A DNA stretch of 64,000 nucleotides. Origin: Schmidtea nova (Eukaryota). The notes under the pieces were generated by a model. The model ran no database searches. It was not told where the DNA came from and saw nothing but the letters and a program-made list of their open reading frames with translations. The translations under genes were made by a program, and so were the position numbers. Positions 43,436 to 56,877 of this stretch are shown in pieces. Position 1 is the stretch's first letter. The number at the start of each line of letters is the position of its first letter. Location of the stretch: positions 64,108,001 to 64,172,000 of the forward strand of contig CM097883.1 of NCBI GenBank assembly GCA_044892505.1. The letters are read 5' to 3'.

Positions 43436-44189
43436 TGTAAAGAAACACTTCTTTAACGAACCATACCACAATAAACGCAACAATAGGAAACGCCAGAAAC
43501 ACAATAACAATAACAAACACACAACATATCTAAGATTACCTTTCCTTAATGACACTACAGCCAACAAAATCACCAACATTTTTAATCAAACAGATTTGCC
43601 TATACACATCCGTCCAACGTTCATAACCTCCGCACCGTTAAAATCACAACTCCGAAAGCCACCAATTTCCAACATCTCCAAACATAAATGTCTTTGCCGT
43701 TCCACAACCCGATGCTTTTGCTTTTCCAAAAATATAGTATATAAACTTTCTTGCCAAAAATGTGACGCTACTTACATAGGAGAAACACATAGAACTTTTC
43801 GCACCCGACTTAATGAACACACTAAAATCAAAACCAGTAATTATTACGAACACTGGGAGAAAGTACATAAAACAACTCCGTCTATAGAAGAAACAAAATG
43901 CCAGATTCTACAAGAGGGATTCAAAAATTCATTACAAAGATTAGCTTCCGAGACTTTATTCATAAAAAAATACAAACCTTCCATCAACATTCAATTCGCA
44001 CAAAAAAATTAAAATAAATTTTTTCATCCAATAAAATCATTAAAAATATTAAAAAAATAATTAAGGCTACCATTTAGGATTAAGTAAATATAACGATAGA
44101 AATACACACTTGATAAAGGCTGTGCCGAAATATTGTGTTATTGTTTATAAAAAAAAATTTTGATCTATAGTCATTATGAGAATTATTGA

Positions 44190-44195
<6 letters not shown>
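43431..44195 (+). mobile_element. 5-prime-truncated Penelope-like element (GIY-YIG end plus pLTR)
   Basis: IVYKLSCQKCDATYIGETHRTFRTRLNEH..RLASETLFIKKYKPSIN. Confidence 0.9.
44106..44138 (+). ncRNA. Minimal type I hammerhead ribozyme motif (U3-A8 variant)
   Basis: ACAC-TTGATAA-A-GGC(TGT)GCC-GAAA-TAT-T-GTGT with palindromic stem III (ATAT). Confidence 0.65.
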
Positions 44196-44236
<41 letters not shown>

Positions 44237-44239
44237 AAT

Positions 44240-44830
44240 TAAGTTTTTTTATAAACCATGGTTTCTTCCTTCTAGCAAATATCTGTTCTAACTTTTAAAT
44301 CATCACTAAATTGTTGTGTGAAATCAAGAAAAAGATATCCATCAAGAGTTTTTGTAGCATATCGAAACGCATTGATTTAAGAATTATTATCGAAGGGTAT
44401 GCTTGTCTAGCAAGAAAATCAATAACTGTTGCATCTCTAGGATTTCTAAAAACAATAAGATATTGAAAATTCAAATTATGAGTTCGATGACTGCCACCCT
44501 GATGAAATAAATTCTGAGTAATAAAAATAACTGTAACACTCTTGTGTCTAGCGACTTTTGTAAATAAATTAATAAAATCCTTTTCTTTATTTGCTTATTG
44601 ATACAAGTCATCAATAATAATCACATCACTTTGTCATAATTTTTATTGAAACGTTTTATAATAGTTATTTTTATTTTACAAATTTGATTTTGTGTCATTC
44701 CATATTCATCATCGGTTCTACTCTGCCTATATATTTTATTAAATTTTGACTTGGATAATTTTTATTGTAATAATTTACAAACAAACGACATTTTCCACTC
44801 CCGTTCAGTCCAACAATTTGATAAACTGCA
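44240..44830 (-). pseudogene. Polinton packaging ATPase (decayed)
   Basis: Walker A GLNGSGK (~44800), Walker B IIIDD, and VIFITQNLFHQG..VFRNPRD..LARQAYP. Confidence 0.85.
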
Positions 44831-44935
44831 TCACTTCTTAATTCTATATTTCTAATTTTATTATTTTATTATTATTGTTTATTATTTGTTTTAAATAATA
44901 GTTCTTGTTATAGTTAAAAAATAAACATTAAAATA

Positions 44936-45402
44936 ATGATTAGCAACATAAATTATAAGGGTAAAACCGATGTATCTCACATGAATTTTCCAAATAGGAA
45001 ACCACAACAAATTATTGATAGAAGTAGCAAGTACTCGATAATATTTTTAAGACCGGTAAATTTATTGTGATGGGATGTAAGGAATTTATCAGCAATGAAA
45101 TAGTAAAGATTTTTGATTTAAAAATCCAGTCGATCACTGCAACGGCAGACTTGTGATTTAGTTGTAATTTGAATGATTTGGCTAAAATAATAGAATTTGC
45201 TTACGAGCTAGAAATATTTCCAGCTTTGAGATACATAAAATATGATTCAATGTGTGTTAATATATTTGCAAATGGTAAAGTAGTTATATTTGTGTTAAAA
45301 ACTAAGGACTATTCAAATATAGTTGATAATATTATTTCTGATATAAAATCAATTATTGAAGGTAAAGCCTTTGTTGATTTTATATTATCGCGTGACTCAT
45401 GA
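44936..45402 (+). pseudogene. TBP-like gene (one frameshift, one stop)
   Basis: Two TBP-like half repeats: IF..TGKFIVMGCK and SITATADL..YELEIFPAL..VNIFANGKVVI. Confidence 0.6.
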
Positions 45403-46689
45403 TTGCAATAAACCTTCAATAGTAATGCACGATTCTGATTGGTTATGTGTGTATTTATCGATGCATACTCAAATCTGATTGGTTAAGTGTGTATTATGTC
45501 GTACATGTTGTGTGTTTATCGCAAATTTATACAATGAACATTTATCAATTATTTATATTTCTAATCAAAAATGTTTGATTTAAAGAAAAATGGTAAATTG
45601 AAAAATAAATTTTTTCTTATTTTTTAATATTGCTTTAATCGCAGTTCTATTAGGGAAACTAGAGGAGATCTTCCCCGAACTAATGCCAACGCTGACCTAT
45701 ACAGCGCCAGAGATATTTCCCTATAAGATTGTATGCCTCATAGGGATCGATATAAATCAAATCCGCCTCGATCACATGGCCAATATCAACATTGAGCTTC
45801 ATTATATGGCGGAGCATGTCTTGTGAGCCTATCAATGCAGACAATGAGTGGACCGCGTCGAAAAATGTCATGTTTGGGTGCTTAGGAATGCACTCAAGGA
45901 ATATGAATTGAACTCCAAATGATTTGACAAAATCGACGAAGAGGACGAGGAGGAGGAACAGAAAGAAACATGTTTGAATTAAAAATCAGATTCCACCGAT
46001 TGCCGGTCTTTTTCAAATCAATCACAGTTCGAATGTGATTATCCGATGGAGCAATCCAACAACTGTCCCGATTGCGACAAGTCTTCGGAATAGCCTGATT
46101 GAGACGAATGTCATAGGAATGTTACAGAGAATGATGTTCCAGAAAGTGTTGTTGCAGAATAAACATTATTATATTTTATAAATAGGTTTTAATGTATTAT
46201 CATTTATTGTATTTAATATGTTATCATCATTTTATGTTTTTAATGTATTATTATTTATTGTATTTATTAGTATCTAATAATTATTTATACTTATTATTTT
46301 AGTTTTTTTGTTAAAGAAGTTTTTTTATTCATTAGTATTTTATTAAATAGTTTTTTGAAAATGTTTTTATTAAGTTATTAATAAGTTTTCATTAAAATGT
46401 TTCTTTATAAGAAAATAAAATAAATTTCAAATAGTTTTATTAAGTGAAATTTAAAATGAAGTTCATTAAATAAAGACACGTTAAACATGCAAATAAATAA
46501 ATACATATACATCAATTACACACACGCATACAACAAAGACATGTATAATATGTGCAATACAAATACATGATTCTGATTGGACAAAGACAAAAAGACTCGT
46601 GACTATAAATACAAAGACATTTTTAAGATATTGTCACAATTTATAAAATGCAGTCATGCAAATCAACTTATGACATAAGTGAAGAAAGA

Positions 46690-47640
46690 AAAATTAAGAC
46701 AGAAGTACATGGACTTTTGGTCTGGGATTTTTGAATAGGATTTTTTGGTCTGATATTTTGTATATAATTTTCTACTCTCACAATTTTTAGGGCAAAAAGA
46801 TACTCTGGTAATTTTTAACAGGGATTTTTGGTCTCAGTATTTTGTATTGAATTTTAAGGTCTGGTATTTTTGAACATGGGATTTTCTATAAGGAATTTTC
46901 TTCAGGTATTTTTCTATAGAGAATTTTAGTATGATACTTTTGTACTGGATTTTCTACTTTCAGATTTTCGGAGCTCTGGTATCTTTGAACTGAAATATAA
47001 ATTTTTATGGTAAATAAAAAACACGTAAATGTTTAAAACTAAATAGATTGAAATATTTTTAAACAGGATTTTCAACTCAAAAAAAGACTTAGGTAATTTT
47101 GAACTGAAATTTAAAAATATAGATTTTTATGGTAAATAAAAACACGTGTAAATTTTTAAAAAAAGTAAAATAGATTGGAATATTTTTGAAAATTATATTT
47201 TGGTATGGCAATTTTCAAAAATTCAAAAAGTGGTCAGAATAAAATAATATTTAAACCCATCTTCTGAGAATCGAAAGGCAAACAATAACAGTTAAAAAGT
47301 AAAAACATGAAAAATTTGTCTAATTCTACACAATTTTACTTTTAAAAAAGGTCGACTCCGGCAATTTCCAAAAATTCAAAAAATATGCTCAGAATGATTT
47401 TTGATATTTTGGACTGGATTTACAACTCTCACAATCTCTAAGGTAAAAAGGGACTATGGTAATTTTGAACTGAAATTTAAAAAAGAAATTTTAATGGTAA
47501 ATAAAAAACACGTGTAAATTTTGTAAGCAAGTAAAATATCTTTAAATTATTTTGTACAGGATTTTAAACTTCCAGATTTTTCCAGGGCAAAAAAAATGAG
47601 CTCTAATATTTTTGAACAGAAATTTAAATAAAGATTTAAT
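46690..47640. repeat. Degenerate tandem repeats
   Basis: Recurrent GGATTTTTGGTCT and TTTTGAACTGAAAT..TGGTAAATAAAAACACG units. Confidence 0.5.
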
Positions 47641-48893
47641 AATAGTGTATTAAACACGTGGATAAATTAAAATAGTTTGATTAGACAATAAAATATGGAG
47701 AATTTTACTAAGACAAAAGAATAACATTATATTTTAAAACTTAATGAAAGGGGTAAAAATAGAGCAAGCTCTGAGTTGAAATGACATATTATGAAAATTT
47801 AAAAATAAGTACTAATTTAAATTTTTGAAAATTAAATTTTCCTGTGTTTCTAATAATTTTTGTTTACTTGGTGCTTAATTAGATATTTGAGTATACTTCT
47901 AACGCGGTCTCTACATGTAATATTCGCACTCGCTTCAAAATTAATGGGATTTAGCTGTTGCCAAACAATAATCCTATAAACGTAAAATTATTTAAATTAT
48001 AAAAAGATTTTTTTATCTGTAGAATTGGTTCCATTTTCACTCATGTCGAAAAATGTCACTTGTCTTTCACATCTCTTTAACATCTTTGTCTCTCAAAAGG
48101 AGGCATAGTTTTGCTTATTGCGCCCAACTCTTGCGGACTCGGATAAGAAATTTTATACTCAAAAAGTTATTGCATTCTAAACAGTCAAGTAAATAAAATT
48201 TCAGGAATCTAATAAAGATCGAACTAAGAGAATGTGCTCATCCCTACGTAAATTTTTCCAATTAATAACAGACAATCAGAATTCAGGAAAAAATACTGAA
48301 ACGCAATTGAAAATTTTGAAAAATAATGTTCAAAGACAAAATATCAATATAGGGCACTAATTAAATAAATAACACAAGCTATTTGCCAAATTTTTTACTA
48401 AGTGAAAATTTTCACTTAAAAATTTTTTAACAAAGGCTTATTCTGATATTTATTTGATGCTGCTACCAATAAATCATCATTTTATACCATAATACTACAC
48501 TTAATAAAGTGAAAAACCGATAATTGAGTAGAATGAAGTGAGCAGATTTTGTAAAGAGGCTTACCGTCTGATTACTTCTTATAAAATTATGTACATGAGC
48601 ATAATTACCGATAAGTTATAGGTACACGATCGAGATTATAACTCAGAAAAGTGAAGCCGTCAAGGTTATGGTAACCATAGAAACAGTCAGATTTATCATA
48701 TTATTATAGTTTCATAAAAGTTATCATACTACGCCAGCAACAACCAGTAAATGATAAATATAGCACACAACAATCAACCAACAATCACCCATATGAATGG
48801 AATATAGAAAACACAGTATGTATATATTCAACAAAATTTATATAACACATCTCACACAGACAGGCCGCGAAATGAGCCTTACTCCGAGAATGT

Positions 48894-49720
48894 TCAGTTG
48901 TCATCCCTCCGACCGGCTAGATACGCATGCGGATCAATAAATGCCGACTGATTATATCCCAGTCCGACTCCTCGTGACGTGTGGGTGTGACTGCGTGCCG
49001 ACTGGTAGTCCGCATCCAACCGGCTGAAAAGTACAGCTTGCTCGTGTTCCTTTTTCGAGAGATCAATAGTGTTCTGTTGCGTGACCGATTCGTCGTGTAT
49101 TCCCATCAATTTCCGGAATTTAGCTGCCTTCTTGTCGTCTCCACGACTGGCAATTACCGAGGAAGCATTCCAGGCCTCGATATTCAGTTTCTAGAGGGGA
49201 GATATGCGCGCTGCAGTGATATATGCAATACCTTCTGTAATATGTTACCTTGGAATCGTCACCTTTTTTTGACCAGAGCAATTTCCGCTTCTGCTCGATT
49301 ACCGTTGCATGTTTAGTGGGATTACCGGCGGTAACGGTAGCGGCAGCGGCAGCAGAAGTAGATGGATTAATATAACTGGGAATCGGTTTACAATTGCTGT
49401 TAGTTGACTCGTCAATTGTTTTGCAATTGTTTTTATCATTATTATCATTATTGGGCTGACGATTTATCCTTTGGAACATAATCACAATTAGAATCACATT
49501 TCCCCAACCAAATCGAACAAACCTCGGTGAAGAATCTCTATATTTTTTTCTACGATCATCTCTATGAGATCGTTGTTTCGGTGGACGATCAAATCGTGGT
49601 GATCTAGATCTGCCTTTGGTAGAATGCTTCTTTTTATCTGATCTCGGGGAATCATGGCGTTTTTTGTGAGATCCAGAACTTTTATATCGATGATCACTGT
49701 GATTTCTACTCCGACTTCTC
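48894..49720 (-). CDS. RSRC2: Host RSRC2-like (SMAP-domain, RS-rich) gene, last three exons (49720-49523, 49468-49249, 49190-48894)
   Basis: KRKLLWSKK, KFRKLMGI, FSRLDADYQSARSHTHTSRGVGLG match the RSRC2 C-terminus. 54- and 58-nt GT-AG introns preserve the frame. Confidence 0.8.
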
Positions 49721-52629
49721 CTGGATGTGATATATTTATATTTTTGTTTCTAATATACCATGTTGCGCTGATCAGCACCTTCTATAATACCAATTGCGGT
49801 GTGCTTATCAAATGTGAGTTATTGATTCTTGTTGGAATATCAGATTTATTATAGAAATGTTTTTGTTTAGAAAGATGAATTTTATTGGATTTATTTTATA
49901 TTTTAAAGTGGCGAATTAACGGAAATTGTATTAATCAGGGGACTTCTATTGTTATGATGAATGTGAGAATAATTAAATAAAACAGTATTTAATTTTCAGT
50001 TTTTAAATGCATATAAAAAATAAGATAATAAAATTATAAATTAGCATAGTAAATTAAATATAAATATTGAAGTTATTAATTGGCTTGATTGGAAATTTCA
50101 TATTTAAGAATGATTGGAAATTAAAATATAAAATGTATATTGAGTGCTTGTGTATGAAAATTCCCTATTCAATTATTAACACTGCTTGCAAAAATATCCT
50201 CAAAGATTGTTTTAATAATAGCAGAAATTTTGTGTTGTTTTTAAAATATACTTTGAGAAATAATGGATGTTCTTAATTTGCGAAACCAAACAAATAATAA
50301 TGAAGAAACACAATAATTAAGTCATCTTGATGTTTATGGGGAGAGCTCATTGCTCAATTATATAATGAACTGATTATATAAGCACTGTTTAGTAACCTGT
50401 GGTGATATTGAATTTGTGGTGCCATTGTAATCTGTATAACTATTTGTGATAATCAATAAAAGTTTATATTGTCTGAAAATTGTAATTTTGTGGGTCAAAT
50501 AAAGCATGCTCGGAGTCAGAGAATTAATTGCTAAATTTATATTTCACCAACAATTATTTCAGTGAAAATACAGTCTATCTCAGTTAATGGCAAAAGTCAA
50601 TAAGTCATCTTGATGTTATTGATGCATATGGGGAGAGCTCAGTACTTTATTATATAATAAACTGGTAATGATATCAATAGTGACACACAATTGAAGCCTT
50701 AGAGCAATGATGTCTGTATATATGTCATAGTTACTTTGTTTAATGTTTTATTTACTTATTTAGACATTTATTTTTCATTTAGCCATTTTTAAAAAATGGC
50801 TATCAGGTAATTTTATTTATCTAGATATCTTTTAAGGATTCTATTTTGATCTTACAATGATATAAGATCACTATAGAAGCTTTGAAAGTTTATCTATATT
50901 CTTCATTATTATTTTTATTTTATATTTATTAGTTTTTTAGAAAAATATGATTTTTTTATGAATTTTTTTGGAAGTATTTTATTTAAACGTAAGTAAAATT
51001 ATTTTTTAACAAAAGTTCATTAATGAAATTAATCGTTATCCGAATATTTCTATTTTTATGTTGTTCTACACTTACATTTATTTAATTTTTAAATACTTTC
51101 TAGGAAATCATGATTTTTTAAACATTTTTTGGGAATTATTTTCATTTAACGTAAGTTAAAAAATCATTTTTTAATTAGAATTATTATAATTATTTCTATT
51201 TTTGAAATATTTTTCGAATATCCAAGAAATAATTTAATTAAGCTTAATTTTTTATTTCAATAGTTGGAAAATTTTATTGTCCTGTATTATGATCTAAATT
51301 GCAGTGTAAATATGTTTAATTGTCTGTAATTTTAAAATAATTAGACTGAATTATTTTTTTGGCTACTGAAAACGAAAAAATTTTGCAAATAATTTTTGGA
51401 AATATATGAAATTTTATATTAAAATAAAACTTACGATGTTATCTATCCATTTTCTGGACACCTCCCCTAGGAAATATTCCAAATATTTACCCAAAAACCA
51501 TATTTTAAAAATAAATAACTTTATTATAGGATTTTTAACCCATATTAATCTAGCGTTGCCATATGGCAACGCCTCGCAATAACTTTTTTTTTGCAAGACT
51601 GTACTTGTTTGTGCAAGCGAATCGTGTCGGGAAGTGTTTACGCATGTATATGAAACCTCAGTCGAGCAGACATAAGCAGTTTGCAAGGTTCTAATGCAAT
51701 TCGGTGAGAAATTGTGGTTGGTTTAGATTTATCCAAAAAAAAATTTTAAAATTAAAAAAAAATTAATTTAGGTCATTAAGGGTTAATAGCGAAATAAATA
51801 ACACCATTAAAAGTTTGCATTCAATTTTCATTATGTTTTGTGTTTGTGTGTATAATTTATTTTTTCTTACAGAATGTCTACCACATTAAAATATTTCAAC
51901 TACGAAATATCAAAATGCAACATCTAAGTAAGTTTTCATTTGCTATTGGTTATTTTTAATTTATATTATAGAAATTTTTAATGCTTGACACCAGGTGTAT
52001 ATATATGTGTGTATGTATGCGCATGCGTGTTAGGTTGATTCTGTCTATTTAAAGTGTAGTCAGCATGAAAGAGTGTTTGTGCGTCCATATTTCAATGCTG
52101 AATTGATTTGCATTACATGCATTAAGTGTCATTCCTTTGACAATAAACGATGAGTCGGTTTTTCATTTGCTATTGTAGATGGGTATGTCAATGGGTATGC
52201 GTGTAATTGATTGTCTGCTATCTATCTAGATGTCTACAATATGATGGATGACCGAGTGCATTCTCTGAGTTTCGTTGCAATCGATTCAATTCATGTGCTT
52301 ACAATAGTTGTAACTTGTAAATAGTCTGTTAGACACAGACTAACCATAGATGAGAACATATGGAGAATCATCGAATGCATTCGCCATATTAAGTTGATTT
52401 TTAGGACGGAAAATATTGACGAATTAACAGATATTTTGACTACAGTATGTGCTCTGGATTGCAAATGGCTGATGTATAATGCTAAATAGATGGTTATTCC
52501 TTGGTAACTGCATTAAATATTAAATTAATTACTAAGTAACAAAATAAGCTTTTGCTACAAAAATAATTTACTCAATAAAATTATTTTTGCAGCAAAGGCT
52601 TATTTTGTTACTTATATATTAATTTATAT

Positions 52630-52775
52630 ATAACTCCCATAATGGTAAGACTATAGATCAAAATTTCTTTAAACATGTACACAATCAAGTGTGATAAAAG
52701 CTGTGCCGAAATATTGTGTACTTGTTTAAAGAAATTTTTATCTATAGTTTTATCATTACGGGAATTATATAACAT
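52630..52775. mobile_element. Penelope pLTR fragment in inverted arrangement
   Basis: Shares GCTGTGCCGAAATATTGTG and the tail with 44100-44190; flanked by inverted tail copies. Confidence 0.7.
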
Positions 52776-54884
52776 TTTTTACTTCCGTTCTACTCATATC
52801 GAATTGTATACGAATGCAAAAAATGAGACCGTCATTTGAAGGACTTTATATATATATATAGTTAATAATAAATTTAAAATCTTACGATATTTTCTTAAAT
52901 TTATATTCAAAATCTTTTTTTCAAAAAATCGCTGCTAACAGATTTGTCAAAAGGTGCTACTATTCAATGTGACGATTAAAGATTAAACAGTCGGCATGCA
53001 TTTTTACAACGTTTTAATTTTTTAGACCCAATTTGTTAACAATATAACTTATTTGACATTAAATAAGAACCTATGGTAAATTAATGAATTTTTGTATAAA
53101 ATAAAATTTATTTATAAGATAATATACGTCTTTCTAAATGATATTCTAAACAACGAGATCGTGAATACCGTTTGTAACATTCGAAATACTTTCAAATTAT
53201 TATCTAAAATTAATTTGAAATGTCTGCCTAAAATTAAATTAAAAGACAACTCTTTTCACACAATAACAGTTTCTATAATACAACTGTTTTCATAGTTTAA
53301 CCCTTTCCACTCATCTTGGCAAAAATTCTTGCCAAATATTTTTTTGGCCTAACACTCATGATAACAAGAATGGTGTTGCCACACCCAGATCACTTCTTTC
53401 TGATTTGTGGTTCCTGAGATAGGTGGACCAAATAATTACAAATTCCAACAAAGATTCTTGAAATTAATTATGACTGGAACGAACAATCACGGCTAAATTA
53501 ATATGAATGGAAAGGGTTCAGAGTAACTATAATACCAGTAGGTGTGTGCACTTACGTGTTGCTCATAATTAAGCTACACCTGTTTTCGTACATTAAAAGT
53601 TTCTATTATATAATTTAAAAATTACCAATATCAAATGAAAACTTACGTTAATGTTAAAATTTGACTTTACATAGTTTAAAAGATTTATTATGTGATAGAC
53701 AAAGCGGAAGAAACAATAAATTACACACACAAACACAATGAAAAATTCATGTTAGCTTTAAGAAGTAAATTGTTTTATGCGATTAAAACACCTATTATAA
53801 ATTTATTTTCAAAATATGGTTTTTGGCTAAATATTTTGAATATTTCCAAGGGGAATTTTCAAGAAAATGAATAAATAACGTCTTAAATTTTATTTTAAGA
53901 TAAAATTCCATATTGTTTTGCAAAGTTTTTCCGTTTTTAGTAGCCAAAGAGATTATTATTTTCTAATTATCTTCAATTTATCGACAATTAAACATATTTA
54001 CAACGCAATTTAGATCACGTTGAAGTCTCAGATAATGCAGGACAAAATAAATTTTCTTTGGCTTCTGAAACGTAAAAATATTTATTCATATTCTCGACAA
54101 CTTTCTTAGGAAATATTCCAAATTATTATTCAAAAACCATATTTTGTCTTATAATTTGTCAATCACATAATAAATCTCTTAAACTATGTAAAGTTAAAAT
54201 TTAAAATAGACGTAAGTTTTCATTTTATATTGTTAATTTTTAACTTATATTACAGAATCCCTTAATGTATGAAAACAGGTGTATAAGTTAAAAATTATAA
54301 ATAGTAAATGAAAAATTGCGTGGGCATTAAATTATGACTGCGTAGTTTAAGAGTTTTTATGTGATAGACAAATGATTAATAAACGATTAAGAGTTTTATA
54401 AATTTATTTATTTTTTAAAACAAATTTTGTGGGTAAAATGTGGGGAGTTATAGAGAAAATGAATAAATAACTTCGATGTTATATTGACACACTATATGCC
54501 GGACGTGTATTTGTAGCCGTTTGAATGTTTATACTTTAAAAGCATGACAAGAGACGTTTACTTTATCTGTTTGAACAGGTTAATCGACTTAAACATAAAC
54601 ATAGATAAAAACACAAAAGTATTTGTGTAAGATAAATATACACTATCTTTGGTTTATTGACACTTTTATTATCATACACTTATGTACGCAAAGCGGCTAA
54701 TGAACTTGGCAATCGATGCCACTATATAAATACTCATGTACGCAAAGCAAATCGAATAGGTCGCATTTTATTATTTTATTAAATAAATATTCAGAGTTAT
54801 TAGAAGACAGAGATTTTTTCAAAATAATTCAATTGTTATCATAATTAACTTTTTGTTTCACTTTGATCTTTTTTTAATATTAAT

Positions 54885-55495
54885 ATCAATAATTCCCATA
54901 ATGGATGACTATAGATCAAAATTTCTTTAAACAATACCACAATATTTCGGCACAGCCTTTATCAAGTGTGTATAATAATCGTTATATTAACTTAATCCTA
55001 AATAACAACCTTAATTATTTATTTTATAATTTATAAAGATGTTATTGGATGAAAAATAAATGTTTTAATTTTCTTTTTAAACATGATTTTTGTGCGAATT
55101 GAATGTTGATGGACGGTTTGTATATTTTTTATGTAAAAAGTCTCGGAAGTTAATCTTTGTAATGAATTTTTGAATCCCTCTTGTAGGATCTGGCATTTTG
55201 TTTCTTTTATAGATGGAGTTGTTTTATGTACTTTCTCCCAGTATTCGTAATAATTACTGGTTTTATTTTTAGTGTGTTCATTAAGTCGAGTGCGAAAAGT
55301 TCTATGTGTTTCTCCTATGTAAGTAGCGTCACATTTTTACAAGAAAGTTTATATACTATATTTTTGGAAAAGCAAAGGCATCGGGTTGTGGAACGGCAAG
55401 GACATTTATGTTTGGAGATGTTAGAAATATTATGTACTTGTTTAAAGAAATTTTGATCTACAGTCTTAGCATTATGGGAATTGATGATATTAAAA
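54885..55495 (-). mobile_element. Second truncated Penelope copy with inverted pLTR tail; hammerhead motif at ~54938-54970
   Basis: Reverse complement of ~43670-44190, with inverted tail at 55430-55495. Confidence 0.85.
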
Positions 55496-56695
55496 TTCAA
55501 TTGTTAGTTGGTTTTACACAAGAACATTTCATTATTTATGATTATTTTTTTAATAATAATAATATGGCTTCAGATTGTGATGATGAAGTGTACGTAGATA
55601 GTTTATCAGAAATTTTAAGTGACGTGGATATTTCTGAATCTGCTATGAAGAGTGAAAGTGACGAAGAGTTCGTTCATCCTATAAGACGTAGAGTTTTGCC
55701 AATATCTTCTTATATTTTATTACATCAATTATCATAGAAGGTAAGTGTACAATAATCAATATAATTAAACTTTTTACTTTACTTACATTTTAATTAACAT
55801 TATAAACTGTAAATTATCGCTATATTATCAAATTTTATTGAAATATAGCTTGAATTTCAAATATGCAATTTTTCACTAATTTTGCCGGTTACACAACTTA
55901 GTTTAGTCTGTTCAACAATCGGCATATATTGTGTTAATATAAAAATTCTTATTTCCGCAAAAAAAAAACGTTTACGTAAGGCAGGGAGATAATACTGTCA
56001 ATTTGTTTTCAATGAAATATATTTACATAGAAAATTGGATATTTATGAAGTCTCAGATATTACAGGACAAGATATAATATTTGTAATGGAAAACTAAACT
56101 TCTAACTCAAAAGTTTACCGGGTTTAACTGCTTAAAATATAATATTACAATGCAATTTTCGAAATTGGCCAAATCATATAGCATACAAAACAAATTAATG
56201 AAAGGAATTGACGTTGGATGTTTTTATTTTTATTTTTAACTAGTTAAAAATAAAATATTTTTAGCTTGTGAAATCACGAGGACCTTATTAATCCCAGTTT
56301 ATGTAACCAAAATGTTTAAAAACGAGATTTTTGGGGAAATGTAAAAAGATTATTGTTGAATAATTAAATAGCTCAATCGAGCACAATATCTAAAATATAT
56401 CAAGAAAATTACAATTAATTAATACATAAAGAAAGCAAAAATATATTAAAATTGATTACATTATTTATTCCATAAGGTTTTATTAATTGCGCATTCGTGC
56501 ATACTATGTCTTATCTGACAATAAAAATATTCAAATTACGCATATACTGAAGTTTTATTACAGCAAATTCAACATCCCCCAGGTGAATTTGTCTCTTAGA
56601 ATATAAATTAGTGATGTTTTATTATATATTAAACAATATTTTATTAATCGTAACACACGTTGTAACTTTTAAAATGACAAATATTTTTCAATTAC

Positions 56696-56877
56696 CTGGA
56701 ATTGTGACGATTTCTTGAATGTGATCTTTTAGATCTATGATGATGTTTCGTTTTTTTGTGACTTGAGCTTCGTTTGTGCTTTGAACGAGTCGAATCGGAA
56801 TTAATACTCCTTCTTACTTGTTTACCATCAACATCATCAACAATGGATGAATCAGTTGTTGAATCAGAGCCAGAATT
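56696..56877 (-). CDS. Probable upstream RS/His-rich exon of the RSRC2-like gene
   Basis: SKHKRSSSHKKTKHHHRSKRSHSR. The donor AG|GTAATT is phase-compatible with the acceptor CCAG|G at 49720. Confidence 0.6.

Noticed and set aside
43149-43579. ORFs with IYIYIY runs
   Set aside because: Artefacts of the (TA)n microsatellite.
45660-46160. Additional Polinton gene(s)
   Set aside because: Coding-like composition but fragmented and unrecognised.
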